From the NCBI GenBank assembly GCA_965207065.1, contig OZ242260.1, positions 3,744,001 through 3,808,000 of the forward strand: DNA of 64,000 nucleotides. Direction: 5' to 3'. Positions within the stretch are counted from its first letter, which is position 1. Every line of letters starts with the position of its first letter. The notes under the pieces were generated by a model, which saw nothing but the letters and a program-made list of their open reading frames with translations, did not search any database and had not been told where the DNA came from. The position numbers and the translations under genes were made by a program. Below are positions 28,323 to 37,474 of the stretch, one piece after another. This stretch comes from a bacterium (GTDB lineage: Bacteria; UBA8248).

Positions 28323-28750
28323 GAGCTGTTGAATTACCTCGATGAACGAGGGTTTGACACGCGCGATGAAAGAGCAAGATTCACTCCCTCCTTGAGGGGT
28401 TGTTGGAAAAGTCCTCCACGGTCGGAATTGACCACCGCCGTCATTCCGGCGAAAGCCGGAATCCATTGTCGAGCTGGATGGCAATATTCCGGCTATTCAT
28501 CTCCAAGTCGTTTGAAGGAAGCAAGCAGAAAATAAAAAACAAAGGAAAAACAAATGGATTCCGTCGAACCCTCTCTCCTCGGTCGGTTCCGACACCGGAA
28601 TGACGATGCCTCTGCTTGGTCGATAAACAAGAATGTAGGGACAGGTCGCGACCTGTCCCTACCAAAACACAATCGCTCGCTCCTCGCTCATGTCAAACCC
28701 TCGTCCATCGGAGCTTTTTCAACAGCCCCCTCAAGGGAGGAGTGAAATCT
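28323..28750. repeat. Composite palindromic repeat cluster (TGTTGAAAAAG-type ends with internal REPs)
   Basis: ttcactccctccttgaggggttgttggaaaag ... ctttttcaacagccccctcaagggaggagtgaa; contains gtcattccggcgaaagccggaatcca and a perfect 28-bp palindrome at 28635-28662. Confidence 0.8.
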
Positions 28751-28800
28751 AGCGCACTTCTTCCGACGCTTTTCCAACAACCCCGTATGCGGGCGCGCGA

Positions 28801-29718
28801 TCAGGCGTCCTGATCTAGAAACGCTTTATAAATGCCCTCGCGGTGCGTCGGCGGGTCGAAGCGGTATTCCAGCTTGTATTTCTGCGCCAGCACCTGATAA
28901 AGACCCAGCGAATTACAGAAAAACGCGTTCGATGAGCAAACCAGCCAGATGCGGTAAATCCGGTACGTGCGCTCGCCGACGAGTTCCTTTATTTTCTGCG
29001 CGTTCGCCTCGAATTTCTCGTACCAGTGCTTGCACGTGCGCGCGTAGTGGAGTCTCAGATTCTCCACGTCCAGGATCTCCCAGCGCGCAAGCTCCATGAT
29101 GTCCTGAATGTGGGAGATGTTGTCCATCTCGCCGTTGGGGAAGACGTTACGCAGAAGAAATTCGTTCTGGCTCGATGGTTTCCAGAATTTGTTCGTCGTG
29201 ATCCCGTGGTTGAGGAACAAGCCGCCGTCGCGCAGGCGCTTTCTCACCGAAGTGAAGTAGCTCATATAGTTCGCAATGCCAACGTGCTCGATAATCCCGA
29301 TGGCGGAAATCTTGTCGAAAGTCCTCTCTTCGGGGAAATCGCGGTAATCCATGTGGTGGATCTCGCACCTGTCGTCGATGCCCTCGCGGCGCGCCCACTC
29401 CTGGCCCCACTTCGCCTGCTCGCGCGAGAGGGTGACGGCGGTGGCGTTCACGCCGTAGTGCTTCGCCGCCCAAATCGCCAGCGAACCCCACCCGCAGCCG
29501 ATGTCGAGATAGTCCTCTCCGGGCGAGAGCCTGAGCTTCCGGCAGACGAGGTCCATCTTGTCGCGCTGCGCCTGGGCGAGATCGCCGTCGGGTTCGCGGT
29601 AATAGGCGCACGTATAGAGCATGTTCTCGCACAGGAACTGCTCGTAGAACTCGTTGGAGAGATCGTAATGGTGCGATATCGCCTCGGCGTCGAATTCCTT
29701 TGTTCGCTCTTTTACCAT
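28801..29718 (-). CDS. Cyclopropane-fatty-acyl-phospholipid synthase-family SAM methyltransferase (catalytic domain only)
   Basis: ISHHYDLSNEFY, YTCAYY, LDIGCGWG, EHVG, ENLRLHYART; lacks the usual N-terminal domain. Confidence 0.9.
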   Translation of the reverse strand: MVKERTKEFDAEAISHHYDLSNEFYEQFLCENMLYTCAYYREPDGDLAQAQRDKMDLVCRKLRLSPGEDYLDIGCGWGSLAIWAAKHYGVNATAVTLSREQAKWGQEWARREGIDDRCEIHHMDYRDFPEERTFDKISAIGIIEHVGIANYMSYFTSVRKRLRDGGLFLNHGITTNKFWKPSSQNEFLLRNVFPNGEMDNISHIQDIMELARWEILDVENLRLHYARTCKHWYEKFEANAQKIKELVGERTYRIYRIWLVCSSNAFFCNSLGLYQVLAQKYKLEYRFDPPTHREGIYKAFLDQDA

Positions 29719-29737
29719 GGCAGCCTCAATGTTTTGT

Positions 29738-30850
29738 TCAACCGATTCCGAATGCGCCTTCCAGAACCAGCCGGCGTCTGAGCCAGGCGTTGCCGCAAAT
29801 GAATTTCGCCACGCCGAAAAGAACCTTATCCGGAAGACGATCGATCAATTTATCGAACAACCCTTCCCCGCCGCTTCCATATTTCTCATAGAGCGCCTCG
29901 CCGTATTCGGCGATGCCCTCCCCCGTATCCAGATACTCGTGCGCGGCCTCGGCCGCCATTTTAGCACTATGGACGGCGGGGCCGATGCCCTCTCCGCTGA
30001 AATCTTTCGCCAGGCCTGCGGCGTCGCCGATCAGGGCGAAGCCATCGCCCGCAGGCCGCCGGACGTGCCTGCGGTGAACCGAATAGGCGTGGCCGCGGAA
30101 TTTCGTGAGTTCCATCTTCGCGGGCAGCCTGCCCGTTTCGCGGAATTTTTCGAGCAGAATATCGAGACGCTCATGGACGCTCGGCTTCTTGCCGATGCAG
30201 CCGACGCCGATGTTCAAAAAATCCCCTTTGGTGAAATACCAGGCATAGCCCTTGAAGTCGGGTTCCGCAAACAACTCGGGCAAACCGTAGTTGGGCGCCA
30301 GGGCGCGGAGTTTCTCGGCGCCCACGTTCGTCTCGCTCTCCTGGGTCAGGACGACGGATTCTTTTGACGACACGTCGCCGAACGTTCTGGCCACAGGGCA
30401 GGTATGCCCCCCCGCGCCGATGACGAGCGGAGCCTCGATTTTCTCATCGCCAACATCAACGCGCATCCCGCCTGACGTTTTCTCCACGCCGCGCACCCTG
30501 ACGCCCTCTCGCACCTCGGCGCCCTCTTCCTGCGCGCGCCTCAGGAGCCAGGTGTCGAACTGGCTCCTGATGATCCCGTAGCTCGCGGGTTCGCTCCACC
30601 TGGTCTCCAGGAGCTTGTCGTCATAGCCCACGAAAACGCTTTGAAACGGCTGGATGGTGTGGGGGTATTCATTCGGGTCTAGTTTCAGGTCGCCCATCAC
30701 CTGCTTCGTCACCCAGCCCGCGCAGAGTTTTACGCGCGGGAACGCCGCTGCGTCGAGCACCAGGGCTCGGCGGCCGCGCTTCGCCAGCTCCCACGCGGCC
30801 GTGCTGCCGCCCGGGCCTCCTCCGACGACGATGACGTCCCAAGTACTCAT
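29738..30850 (-). CDS. Geranylgeranyl-reductase-family FAD oxidoreductase
   Basis: DVIVVGGGPGGS, FPRVKLCAG, GYAWYF, LIGDAAG..SGEGI. Confidence 0.88.
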   Translation of the reverse strand: MSTWDVIVVGGGPGGSTAAWELAKRGRRALVLDAAAFPRVKLCAGWVTKQVMGDLKLDPNEYPHTIQPFQSVFVGYDDKLLETRWSEPASYGIIRSQFDTWLLRRAQEEGAEVREGVRVRGVEKTSGGMRVDVGDEKIEAPLVIGAGGHTCPVARTFGDVSSKESVVLTQESETNVGAEKLRALAPNYGLPELFAEPDFKGYAWYFTKGDFLNIGVGCIGKKPSVHERLDILLEKFRETGRLPAKMELTKFRGHAYSVHRRHVRRPAGDGFALIGDAAGLAKDFSGEGIGPAVHSAKMAAEAAHEYLDTGEGIAEYGEALYEKYGSGGEGLFDKLIDRLPDKVLFGVAKFICGNAWLRRRLVLEGAFGIG

Positions 30851-31203
30851 TCCGAGAGTTTCCATATGCGAAGGGCCAACTTGAATTTCTGCATCGTGGT
30901 CAATTCGATATTCTCGAAGCTGTCGGCCACCTTCATGGCCTCGAACAGATCGCCCTCGAAATCGATGACCGAGTTGCAATACGCCTCGGCGAAAGCATCC
31001 GCGGTGGGATTCAGTAGTATGTGCTTGAAAGAATCGAGCGAGGGGAACGTAATTTCCAGGGGCAGCACTTCGCGGCCCACGGATATCGTAGTCCCGTCCC
31101 ACATGCGGAAGCGGAGCCCGTGGTCCATATCGCCGAAAACGTCGCGGAGAATATCGGCGGCGCCGGGAACTGCGGAACGGCTCTTTACATGAGTTGACTG
31201 CAT
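30847..31203 (-). CDS. Stand-alone N-terminal domain of a CFA-synthase-like protein
   Basis: FRMWDGT, NPTADAFAEAYCNSVIDFEGDL resembles the Cfa N-terminal 'LGEAY..G..D.EGDL' segment; 4-nt overlap with the reductase gene. Confidence 0.7.
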   Translation of the reverse strand: MQSTHVKSRSAVPGAADILRDVFGDMDHGLRFRMWDGTTISVGREVLPLEITFPSLDSFKHILLNPTADAFAEAYCNSVIDFEGDLFEAMKVADSFENIELTTMQKFKLALRIWKLSE

Positions 31204-31442
31204 GATGTCATCCTCCCATAGGGCGATAGGGGATGATATGTTCGACGCATTCTCTTAATTTGCAACTCGTCCATGGCCTCGTGTTGCGCCAGCGAGATAA
31301 CCTCAAGAAACCCCAACCTTCATACCTTTTGAATTAACGCTCATCGCGCATTCTGTCAACCCTTTTTTTCGGATCAATAGCGATTGATGAATGAATGATT
31401 GGCGCGACTGAGGAGTGAGGGGTTTCGGTTCGCCTACCGATG

Positions 31443-31538
31443 AGGGTTGTTCCTGATCCACGCAGAGGCGCCACCGTCATTCCGGCGCATGCCGGAATGG
31501 CGGCGAAACCTCCATCTCCGGGCTTTTTCAACAACCCC
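31443..31538. repeat. Short repeat element with a GTCATTCCGG REP and a ctttttcaacaacccc end
   Basis: gggttgtt..gtcattccggcgcatgccggaatggc..ctttttcaacaacccc. Confidence 0.6.
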
Positions 31539-31672
31539 GAGAAGGGAGCAATGGCGGTTGCGACAGAGAATGTCGTTTTCCACATGCGTCTATCGATATA
31601 ATAAAAATGCAGTTGATGCGTCAGATATATATGCTATATTTTCTGACATCTGGAAACAGAAGGAATCCACAA

Positions 31673-32296
31673 ATGAGTTCTGTGGCCAACAGGATTATGA
31701 AAAGGATATCCGAAAACGCCGGCGAGGGATGGGTTTGCGCGCCGAGGGACTTTCTGGATATCGGAAGCCGAGAGGCCGTCGATCAGGCCTTGTCGCGCCT
31801 CGTGAAGGCCGGAAAAGTGCGCCGGATCGGCCGCGGCTTGTACGACCAGCCGAGGATGAGCGCTGTGCTGAAGCGTACCGCCCCTGTCGACCTTGACGCC
31901 GCCATAGCCGCAATCGCCAGGAGGGACGGAATTCACGTCATGCCCGACGGCATGGCGGCCGCCAACGGACTCGGCCTCACGAACGCGGTTCCCGCCAGAC
32001 CCTGCTACGTTACGGACGGCGCCTCGCGGTCGGTCGAGATCGGCGGGCGTACGATCCGCTTCCGGCATGCGAGTCCGAGCGTCATGCGCTGGGCGGGAAA
32101 AGCGGCGGCCCCGGTCGCTCAAGCGCTCCGGTGGCTGGGTCCCGAGGCCTCCAGGGACGCGCGGGTCGCCTCGATACTGAGACGCCGTCTCCCCGATGCC
32201 GTGAAACGCGACTTGGCGAAAAACTGCCGGGACCTGCCCGGCTGGGCGATGCCGCTCGCACGCAGCATCACAAGTGATGAGACTATCGCTTCATGA
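31673..32296 (+). CDS. DUF6088/AbiEi-like type IV TA antitoxin
   Basis: DFLDIGSREAVDQALSRLVKAGKVRRIGRGLY, AANGLGLTNAVP, YVTDG; ATGA overlap with the next gene. Confidence 0.88.
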   Translation: MSSVANRIMKRISENAGEGWVCAPRDFLDIGSREAVDQALSRLVKAGKVRRIGRGLYDQPRMSAVLKRTAPVDLDAAIAAIARRDGIHVMPDGMAAANGLGLTNAVPARPCYVTDGASRSVEIGGRTIRFRHASPSVMRWAGKAAAPVAQALRWLGPEASRDARVASILRRRLPDAVKRDLAKNCRDLPGWAMPLARSITSDETIAS

Positions 32297-33334
32297 ACGA
32301 TGCGTTCAAATCCTTTTTCGCCTTGGCCGGGCAGGACAAACGCGATGTGTTCGAAGCGGCGGCGAGTCGTCTCGGCACGTTGCCCGGTTACGCAGAAAAG
32401 GATTTCTGGGTCTGTTTCGTTCTAGATGCGCTCTACAACGGGTTGCCTGGCGGGCACCCAAAACTGCTTTTCAAGGGCGGAACGTCCCTCTCCAAGGCAT
32501 TCGGTCTGATCGAGCGGTTCTCCGAGGAGATCGATCTGGTCGTCTATCGTGACGACCTGGGTTTCGAAGGCCACCGGGACCCGACGATTGGAGGAAACCT
32601 CTCCGGCAAGAAACGGAACGCTCTCTTCAGAGAGCTCACGAAAGCTTGCAGCGACTACGTTCTGGGAAATCTAAACGGCGCTGACGGGTTTGATTGACGG
32701 GGTTGTGGCGGAGTGCCGCGTCCTGCCGGATGAGGATGACGCCAGCCGCCAGACGCTATTTGTCGAATACCCCACCCTGTTCCCAGGCGGTACAGTTTCC
32801 TATGTGTCCCAGCGTGTGAAGATCGAGGCGGGGGCGAGATCCGCGCTGGACCCGAACCTGATCTGCACGGTCAGTCCGTATATCTCCGCCGAACTACCCG
32901 ACCGGACCTTTGAAGTGGAAGGAATCAGAACCCTCGCGCCGGAGCGCACTTATTGGGAGAAGCTCCTGATCCTGCATGGTCTGCACTACGGGTACGAAAA
33001 TGGAAACCGCCTACCAGCCGACAGAGACTTGATCTCACGCCATTACTACGATGCCGCGATGATTACTGCGACCGAAACCGGCAGGCATGCACTCTCGAAC
33101 ACTGATCTGCTTGGCGCAGTCCGGGAGCATAATCTCATCGCTTTTCGGCAAGCCTGGAAACGGTTCGATAAAGCCGTCCCCGGTTCGGTGCGATTGACGC
33201 CTCAACCGGAACTGCGCTCGGTGATTGAAAGGGACTACGGGGCCATGCAGGGCATGATCCTTGGCAGTGTTCGGGAATTCGGATGGATTATGGAGCAGCT
33301 TCAACGAGCCGAAGAAACAATCAATCGAGACTAA
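32293..33334 (+). pseudogene. AbiEii/AbiGii nucleotidyltransferase toxin, frameshifted near 32671-32676
   Basis: EKDFWV, FKGGTSLSK, RFSEEID in one frame; VKIEAGARS, RTYWEK, SRHYYD in another. Confidence 0.8.
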
Positions 33335-33442
33335 TCCGGCGACTTGTTGCCTGCTCGGTGGGGTGTGGACCGATGCGTCAGGAATCACGGGAATATGGTT
33401 TTTAGAAGCACTCCGTGATTAGCCCCTGCGCCCCTCCGCAAA

Positions 33443-33468
33443 GGACAACCACGGGGGGTTGTCCCTAC
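33443..33468. repeat. GTAG-type REP
   Basis: ggacaacc-acgggg-ggttgtccctac. Confidence 0.7.
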
Positions 33469-33696
33469 AAAATCATCACAAGCCCACGTTTCCAATCGAG
33501 TTCGCCCGAAACCCCGCTCATCACCTCCGAGACATCTAAATATCCCACTTAAATGACATAATAGCCTTAATATCCCCTTTATATCTCTTATTATTGCAGT
33601 TATTATCAATTTATTTCTTTAATATCTTATATTATATGGTGTATTATGGATCCCGGATACAGAGACCAACAACTTTTGATTGTGAGGTTCATTAAA

Positions 33697-34659
33697 ATGA
33701 GAATTCACCCCGAAACACTGAGAAAGCTGCGCAAGGCGCGTGGATGGAGCCAGCAGGAACTGGCCGAGAAAGCGAAGATCGAAAAGAAGACAATCGGCCG
33801 CCTCGAGAGCGAAAACGGGGGCGAAGCAAGGGAATCCACCGCCCGGTTGCTCGCTTCCGCCTTGAAACTGGGGAGTCCCCGGATTCTGGCCCAAGGCCCC
33901 GAATCAGATGCGGTGCGGGAGGAAGTATCCCGGATCAACTTCGATTCCGGCGGTTCAGGCCCCAGGGTCCACCTCGACAGCGAAACCGCCCTCGCCTACG
34001 ACCTGGTGGAGGAGCGCTACGGGGTGGACATGCACCGGCTCATCGAAGAGGCGCCCACCCTCTTTACCCTGCTTGCGGAGGCGTGCCTCGCCGAGCGCCG
34101 CCGCCGGGTCGGTGAGGCGAAAGCGGCTTTGGAGGAGTTCAACCGCGCCCTGCCCGAGCATCTGGCAGAATCCGGGTGGACGTATAAGGAGGAGGAAGAA
34201 TCCATCGAGAAGCGCGACCTGTTCCGCCACCCCGGTGACCTCGAATGGGACGACCCCCGCTGGGAGGAATACAGGAAAGACGGGAACCCCTTCGCCAATT
34301 TCCTGAAAAAGTTGGCGAATAACATCAAAGCCGACAACGGAGCACTCGACCCCGCCGACGTCGGATTCGACCCCGATATGGTTTGCCGGGGCTATCTTTT
34401 CCCCGAACACCGCGCGCGACTGACCGGCGACTCACGGCGCGCCGAGTGGGCTCTTTCCCACGGATATGCGCGTCTCGGCCAGATACCCAAGCGCCTGCGC
34501 GGCGAAGGCGAGCAGGTCGCCCGCGAGCGCACCGGGTGGCTCGAAGCGCAGATCACCGACGATGAGTGGGCCGAATGCGAGGAGATGATGGCCGCCGCCG
34601 AGAGACTCGGGAAAATGCTGACGGGCGAAACCGACCCCGACGGGGAACCAGGCGAATAG
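33697..34659 (+). CDS. XRE-family HTH protein with an unknown C-terminal domain
   Basis: LRKLRKARGWSQQELAEKAKIEKKTIGRLE; preceded by a very AT-rich segment. Confidence 0.8.
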   Translation: MRIHPETLRKLRKARGWSQQELAEKAKIEKKTIGRLESENGGEARESTARLLASALKLGSPRILAQGPESDAVREEVSRINFDSGGSGPRVHLDSETALAYDLVEERYGVDMHRLIEEAPTLFTLLAEACLAERRRRVGEAKAALEEFNRALPEHLAESGWTYKEEEESIEKRDLFRHPGDLEWDDPRWEEYRKDGNPFANFLKKLANNIKADNGALDPADVGFDPDMVCRGYLFPEHRARLTGDSRRAEWALSHGYARLGQIPKRLRGEGEQVARERTGWLEAQITDDEWAECEEMMAAAERLGKMLTGETDPDGEPGE

Positions 34660-34732
34660 GGAACCGGAGAGTTTCTATCTCCGGCATGGGACGGGGCAAA
34701 ACCGAGACGACGGACAGAGGAGAAGTAATAAC

Positions 34733-35740
34733 ATGAACGCCGAATGTTTGATTCAGTGGAACCGCCTCAAAAAAGAAGCCGCCGGGGATTTTCCACTGGA
34801 AAAACTCGAAGGCTGTATAGGAGAATACCTGCGCGAAAACCCCCAAAAAGGGGAGAACAACGCACGCACCGCACTGAGGTCCATCAGAGAGGCCCTCGGG
34901 TGCAGGGAACACGAAGACGAGGCCGTCAGGCACAAGGCCGGTAAACTCCTCAAGAGTTGCCGCCATTCCTTCGATGAGGTCTGCAAGAATGCAGGCCATT
35001 TCAGAAAGGCATTGACCGAGGCCAGGGAGAGGAATGCCGAAGAAAAAGCCAGCCCAAGAGTCATCCCTCTCGGCGGCGGGTTCCGTCTCGAAGAAGTGCT
35101 CTCCATCAAGATGCTCATGACAATCGGAAAGACTCTCGAACTCTGCGTCGCCAAGCGCGAGGATGCACGAAGTTATTGGAAGGAGGCCGAGTCCGGCGAA
35201 TCCGGGCTGTGGCTGCTCCTGAAGGGAGAGGAGCGATTCGCCCTGCTGAAAATCGACCTGGAGGAGAATAAGGTGGGGGAATTCTCCGCTCACGACAACG
35301 ACGACCCCATAATCTCATTCGAGCTGGCCATGGAAATTCTCGAGAAGCTCGGCGTCACCGCCGATGATGAGACTTCATTCGCCCGCGTCGGCGCATTCGG
35401 CAGGTTCAAGTGTGGTCGGCCCGAGGGCGAACCCGTCCGCGTCGGTGAGCAGGAAATGTGGGTCTGGCTGTATGAGGACGAACTCATCGTGGGGATGGAT
35501 GAACATGCCGACGGGAAACTCTTCTGGTCCCGCTTCGAACTCAAGCAGAAGAAATATAATCCATTCGAAGACCCCAGGAGTCCCTGGGACCTCTTCAGCC
35601 GGGAGGAGTGGGAGGAGAATACCGGTAACCACCTCAGCATGGGGATGCTCTTCGAGATCGTCCGGCGTAATCCCCATGTCCTGGAAAGACTCCGCTCCCC
35701 CGTCATCGCCGAACCGGCTCTCGCCAGGAAAGCCGCCTGA
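34733..35740 (+). CDS. Hypothetical protein, possibly containing a PcfJ-like domain
   Basis: 335-aa ORF with GAGGAG RBS; LMTIGKTLELCV..Y weakly resembles PcfJ 'L..EG..M.HCV..Y'. Confidence 0.55.
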   Translation: MNAECLIQWNRLKKEAAGDFPLEKLEGCIGEYLRENPQKGENNARTALRSIREALGCREHEDEAVRHKAGKLLKSCRHSFDEVCKNAGHFRKALTEARERNAEEKASPRVIPLGGGFRLEEVLSIKMLMTIGKTLELCVAKREDARSYWKEAESGESGLWLLLKGEERFALLKIDLEENKVGEFSAHDNDDPIISFELAMEILEKLGVTADDETSFARVGAFGRFKCGRPEGEPVRVGEQEMWVWLYEDELIVGMDEHADGKLFWSRFELKQKKYNPFEDPRSPWDLFSREEWEENTGNHLSMGMLFEIVRRNPHVLERLRSPVIAEPALARKAA

Positions 35741-35909
35741 GCGCGCCCGTTCCAGTTCGACCCGTCACAGAATCGTCCCCTCACCATTCGACGGCGCCAG
35801 ACAATCTCCACCCTTCCCGGCTCCGGATTCCCTCCCGGTCGTAGCCGGACCCCGCCGGAATGACGGCTGTCATCGAACCCTTGGAAGCCGGCGGCATACC
35901 CTTCCTCTC

Positions 35910-36230
35910 GGGGCTGTTGAAAAAGTCCGATGAAGGAGGAATGACGATTGTAGGGACAACCCCTCCTCGGGGTTGTCCTGCCCCTCCTCGGGGTTGTCCA
36001 TTTGCAGGATGTTTACAATCAGGACAGGCACGGAGGCCTGTCCCTACGGGGTCGTCGCGTCGCTGTGCGGGCGTGATTGGTCGTGTAGGTAGCGCTGCGC
36101 TACAGAAATGCGGCCCATGGTCGGCAGGCCTAAAAGGCAGGGTCGCATAATATGTCGGTCATACATGTCCGACCTACACCTTCACACCCGTCGAACCAAA
36201 CTGCTGAATCAAGGCTTTTTCAACAGCCCC
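35910..36230. mobile_element. 321-bp non-autonomous MITE-like element carrying GTAG REPs
   Basis: Perfect 16-bp TIR ggggctgttgaaaaag / ctttttcaacagcccc; no credible ORF. Confidence 0.7.
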
Positions 36231-36561
36231 CTCACTCAGGACGGACCACGCACTTCCCCGCATTTATCGTCACGGGCATTTCGCGTCGATGGGGTATGCT
36301 GGAGAGGCCGCCCGTCGGCCTGCGGTTTTTCAGGCGGCGCGAATCGCGGGAATCGGGCCACCGCTCGGGTGAGGCGCGGGTGGCGCAAAATGCAAATAAT
36401 AATTGCCGAAAATATGGATAAATTCAGATAAATTCACGGGGTTTTTCGATAAAAAAAGATAAATTACTTTCCTGGGATGGGACGCCGCGGAATCCGGGCG
36501 CAGGGGAATTCTGCCATGGCCCGCGCCTTCTGCAATGACGGCAATTGCGCGGAATTGCGGG

Positions 36562-37419
36562 CTAGCGCAGAGACGTCACCAGAATCACCCCCGCCACCGT
36601 GACGAGCACCCCCAGAACGATGCGCGGGGTGATTTTCTCGCGCTTCCCCAGTATCAAGGGCGCCAGCACGAGCATGAACAGCGGCACCGTCGCCACCAGG
36701 GGCGTGACGCGCGAGACTTCTCCTAAGCTCAGGGCGGCCATCAGGCATAACTGGGCGGCGGCCATCGCAAGACCCGCCAGGATGAAGTTGCCGAGCGAGG
36801 CCTTGTTGAACACGAACGGACTCCACCCGGTACTCGCCTTCAGGATCAGCGGGCCCAGGGCGCATGCCGAGACGGATTGCAGAAGCCCTCCGAAAACAAG
36901 GGATTCCACGCCTCCGAGCCCCATTTTCCTAAACGTATGGGCGAGCCCCATAAAAGCCGCCGCGCTAATCGGCAACAGCAGCACCCGCCCTCTGGCAAGC
37001 GGACCTCCCCCGCTCGACATAATGTAAACGCCAGCCACGACCACGAGAATCCCCACCCACACGACGGCCGGCGGGCGTTCTCCCAGCACCAGAAAGGCCC
37101 AGAACGCCCCGAAAATGGGGTGGGTGTTCGAGACGGGACTCGTGGAGGCGACGCCGATTCTCTGAATCGAGCGAAACAGGAACATCAGGGACAGCGCGGG
37201 TGAGGATATCCCCGCCGCCAGGAAGGCGAGCCAGTAGACCGAAGGCGAAATGCGGGAGAAATCCACCGCCACCAGGCAGGAGGAGAAGAAGACAACCTGC
37301 ATGATGAGAACGACCAGGCTTCCCGTGTGGGGCGTGCTGCCGTCCAGCCCTCGCCTGGTCATGATGCTTGAGAGGGCGAAGAAGACAGCCGGGCTCAGGG
37401 CGACCAGTTCGAACGGCAT
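36562..37419 (-). CDS. DMT/EamA-family transporter
   Basis: About 10 TM; LVLGERP, GEVSRVTPL, EKITPR. Confidence 0.88.
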   Translation of the reverse strand: MPFELVALSPAVFFALSSIMTRRGLDGSTPHTGSLVVLIMQVVFFSSCLVAVDFSRISPSVYWLAFLAAGISSPALSLMFLFRSIQRIGVASTSPVSNTHPIFGAFWAFLVLGERPPAVVWVGILVVVAGVYIMSSGGGPLARGRVLLLPISAAAFMGLAHTFRKMGLGGVESLVFGGLLQSVSACALGPLILKASTGWSPFVFNKASLGNFILAGLAMAAAQLCLMAALSLGEVSRVTPLVATVPLFMLVLAPLILGKREKITPRIVLGVLVTVAGVILVTSLR

Positions 37420-37474
37420 TCACACTCCGACCCGGCTAGCCCCCATCGACCTGTCCGGCGCAAGGGGAAATCGA

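Noticed and set aside
30851-31102. N-terminal extension of the 454-aa reductase ORF
   Set aside because: It overlaps the 118-aa Cfa-N gene; the Rossmann motif starts right after Met 30850
32690-32700. Selenocysteine or read-through at the TGA ending the first AbiEii fragment
   Set aside because: The downstream homology is in a different frame, so this is a frameshift and not read-through
35950-36050. Possible CRISPR array from short direct repeats
   Set aside because: Only two adjacent copies with no unique spacers and no cas genes; these are REP-derived
36240-36460. Possible riboswitch (ggagag-containing GC-rich stretch)
   Set aside because: It lies downstream of convergent genes rather than in a leader, and no aptamer consensus could be completed
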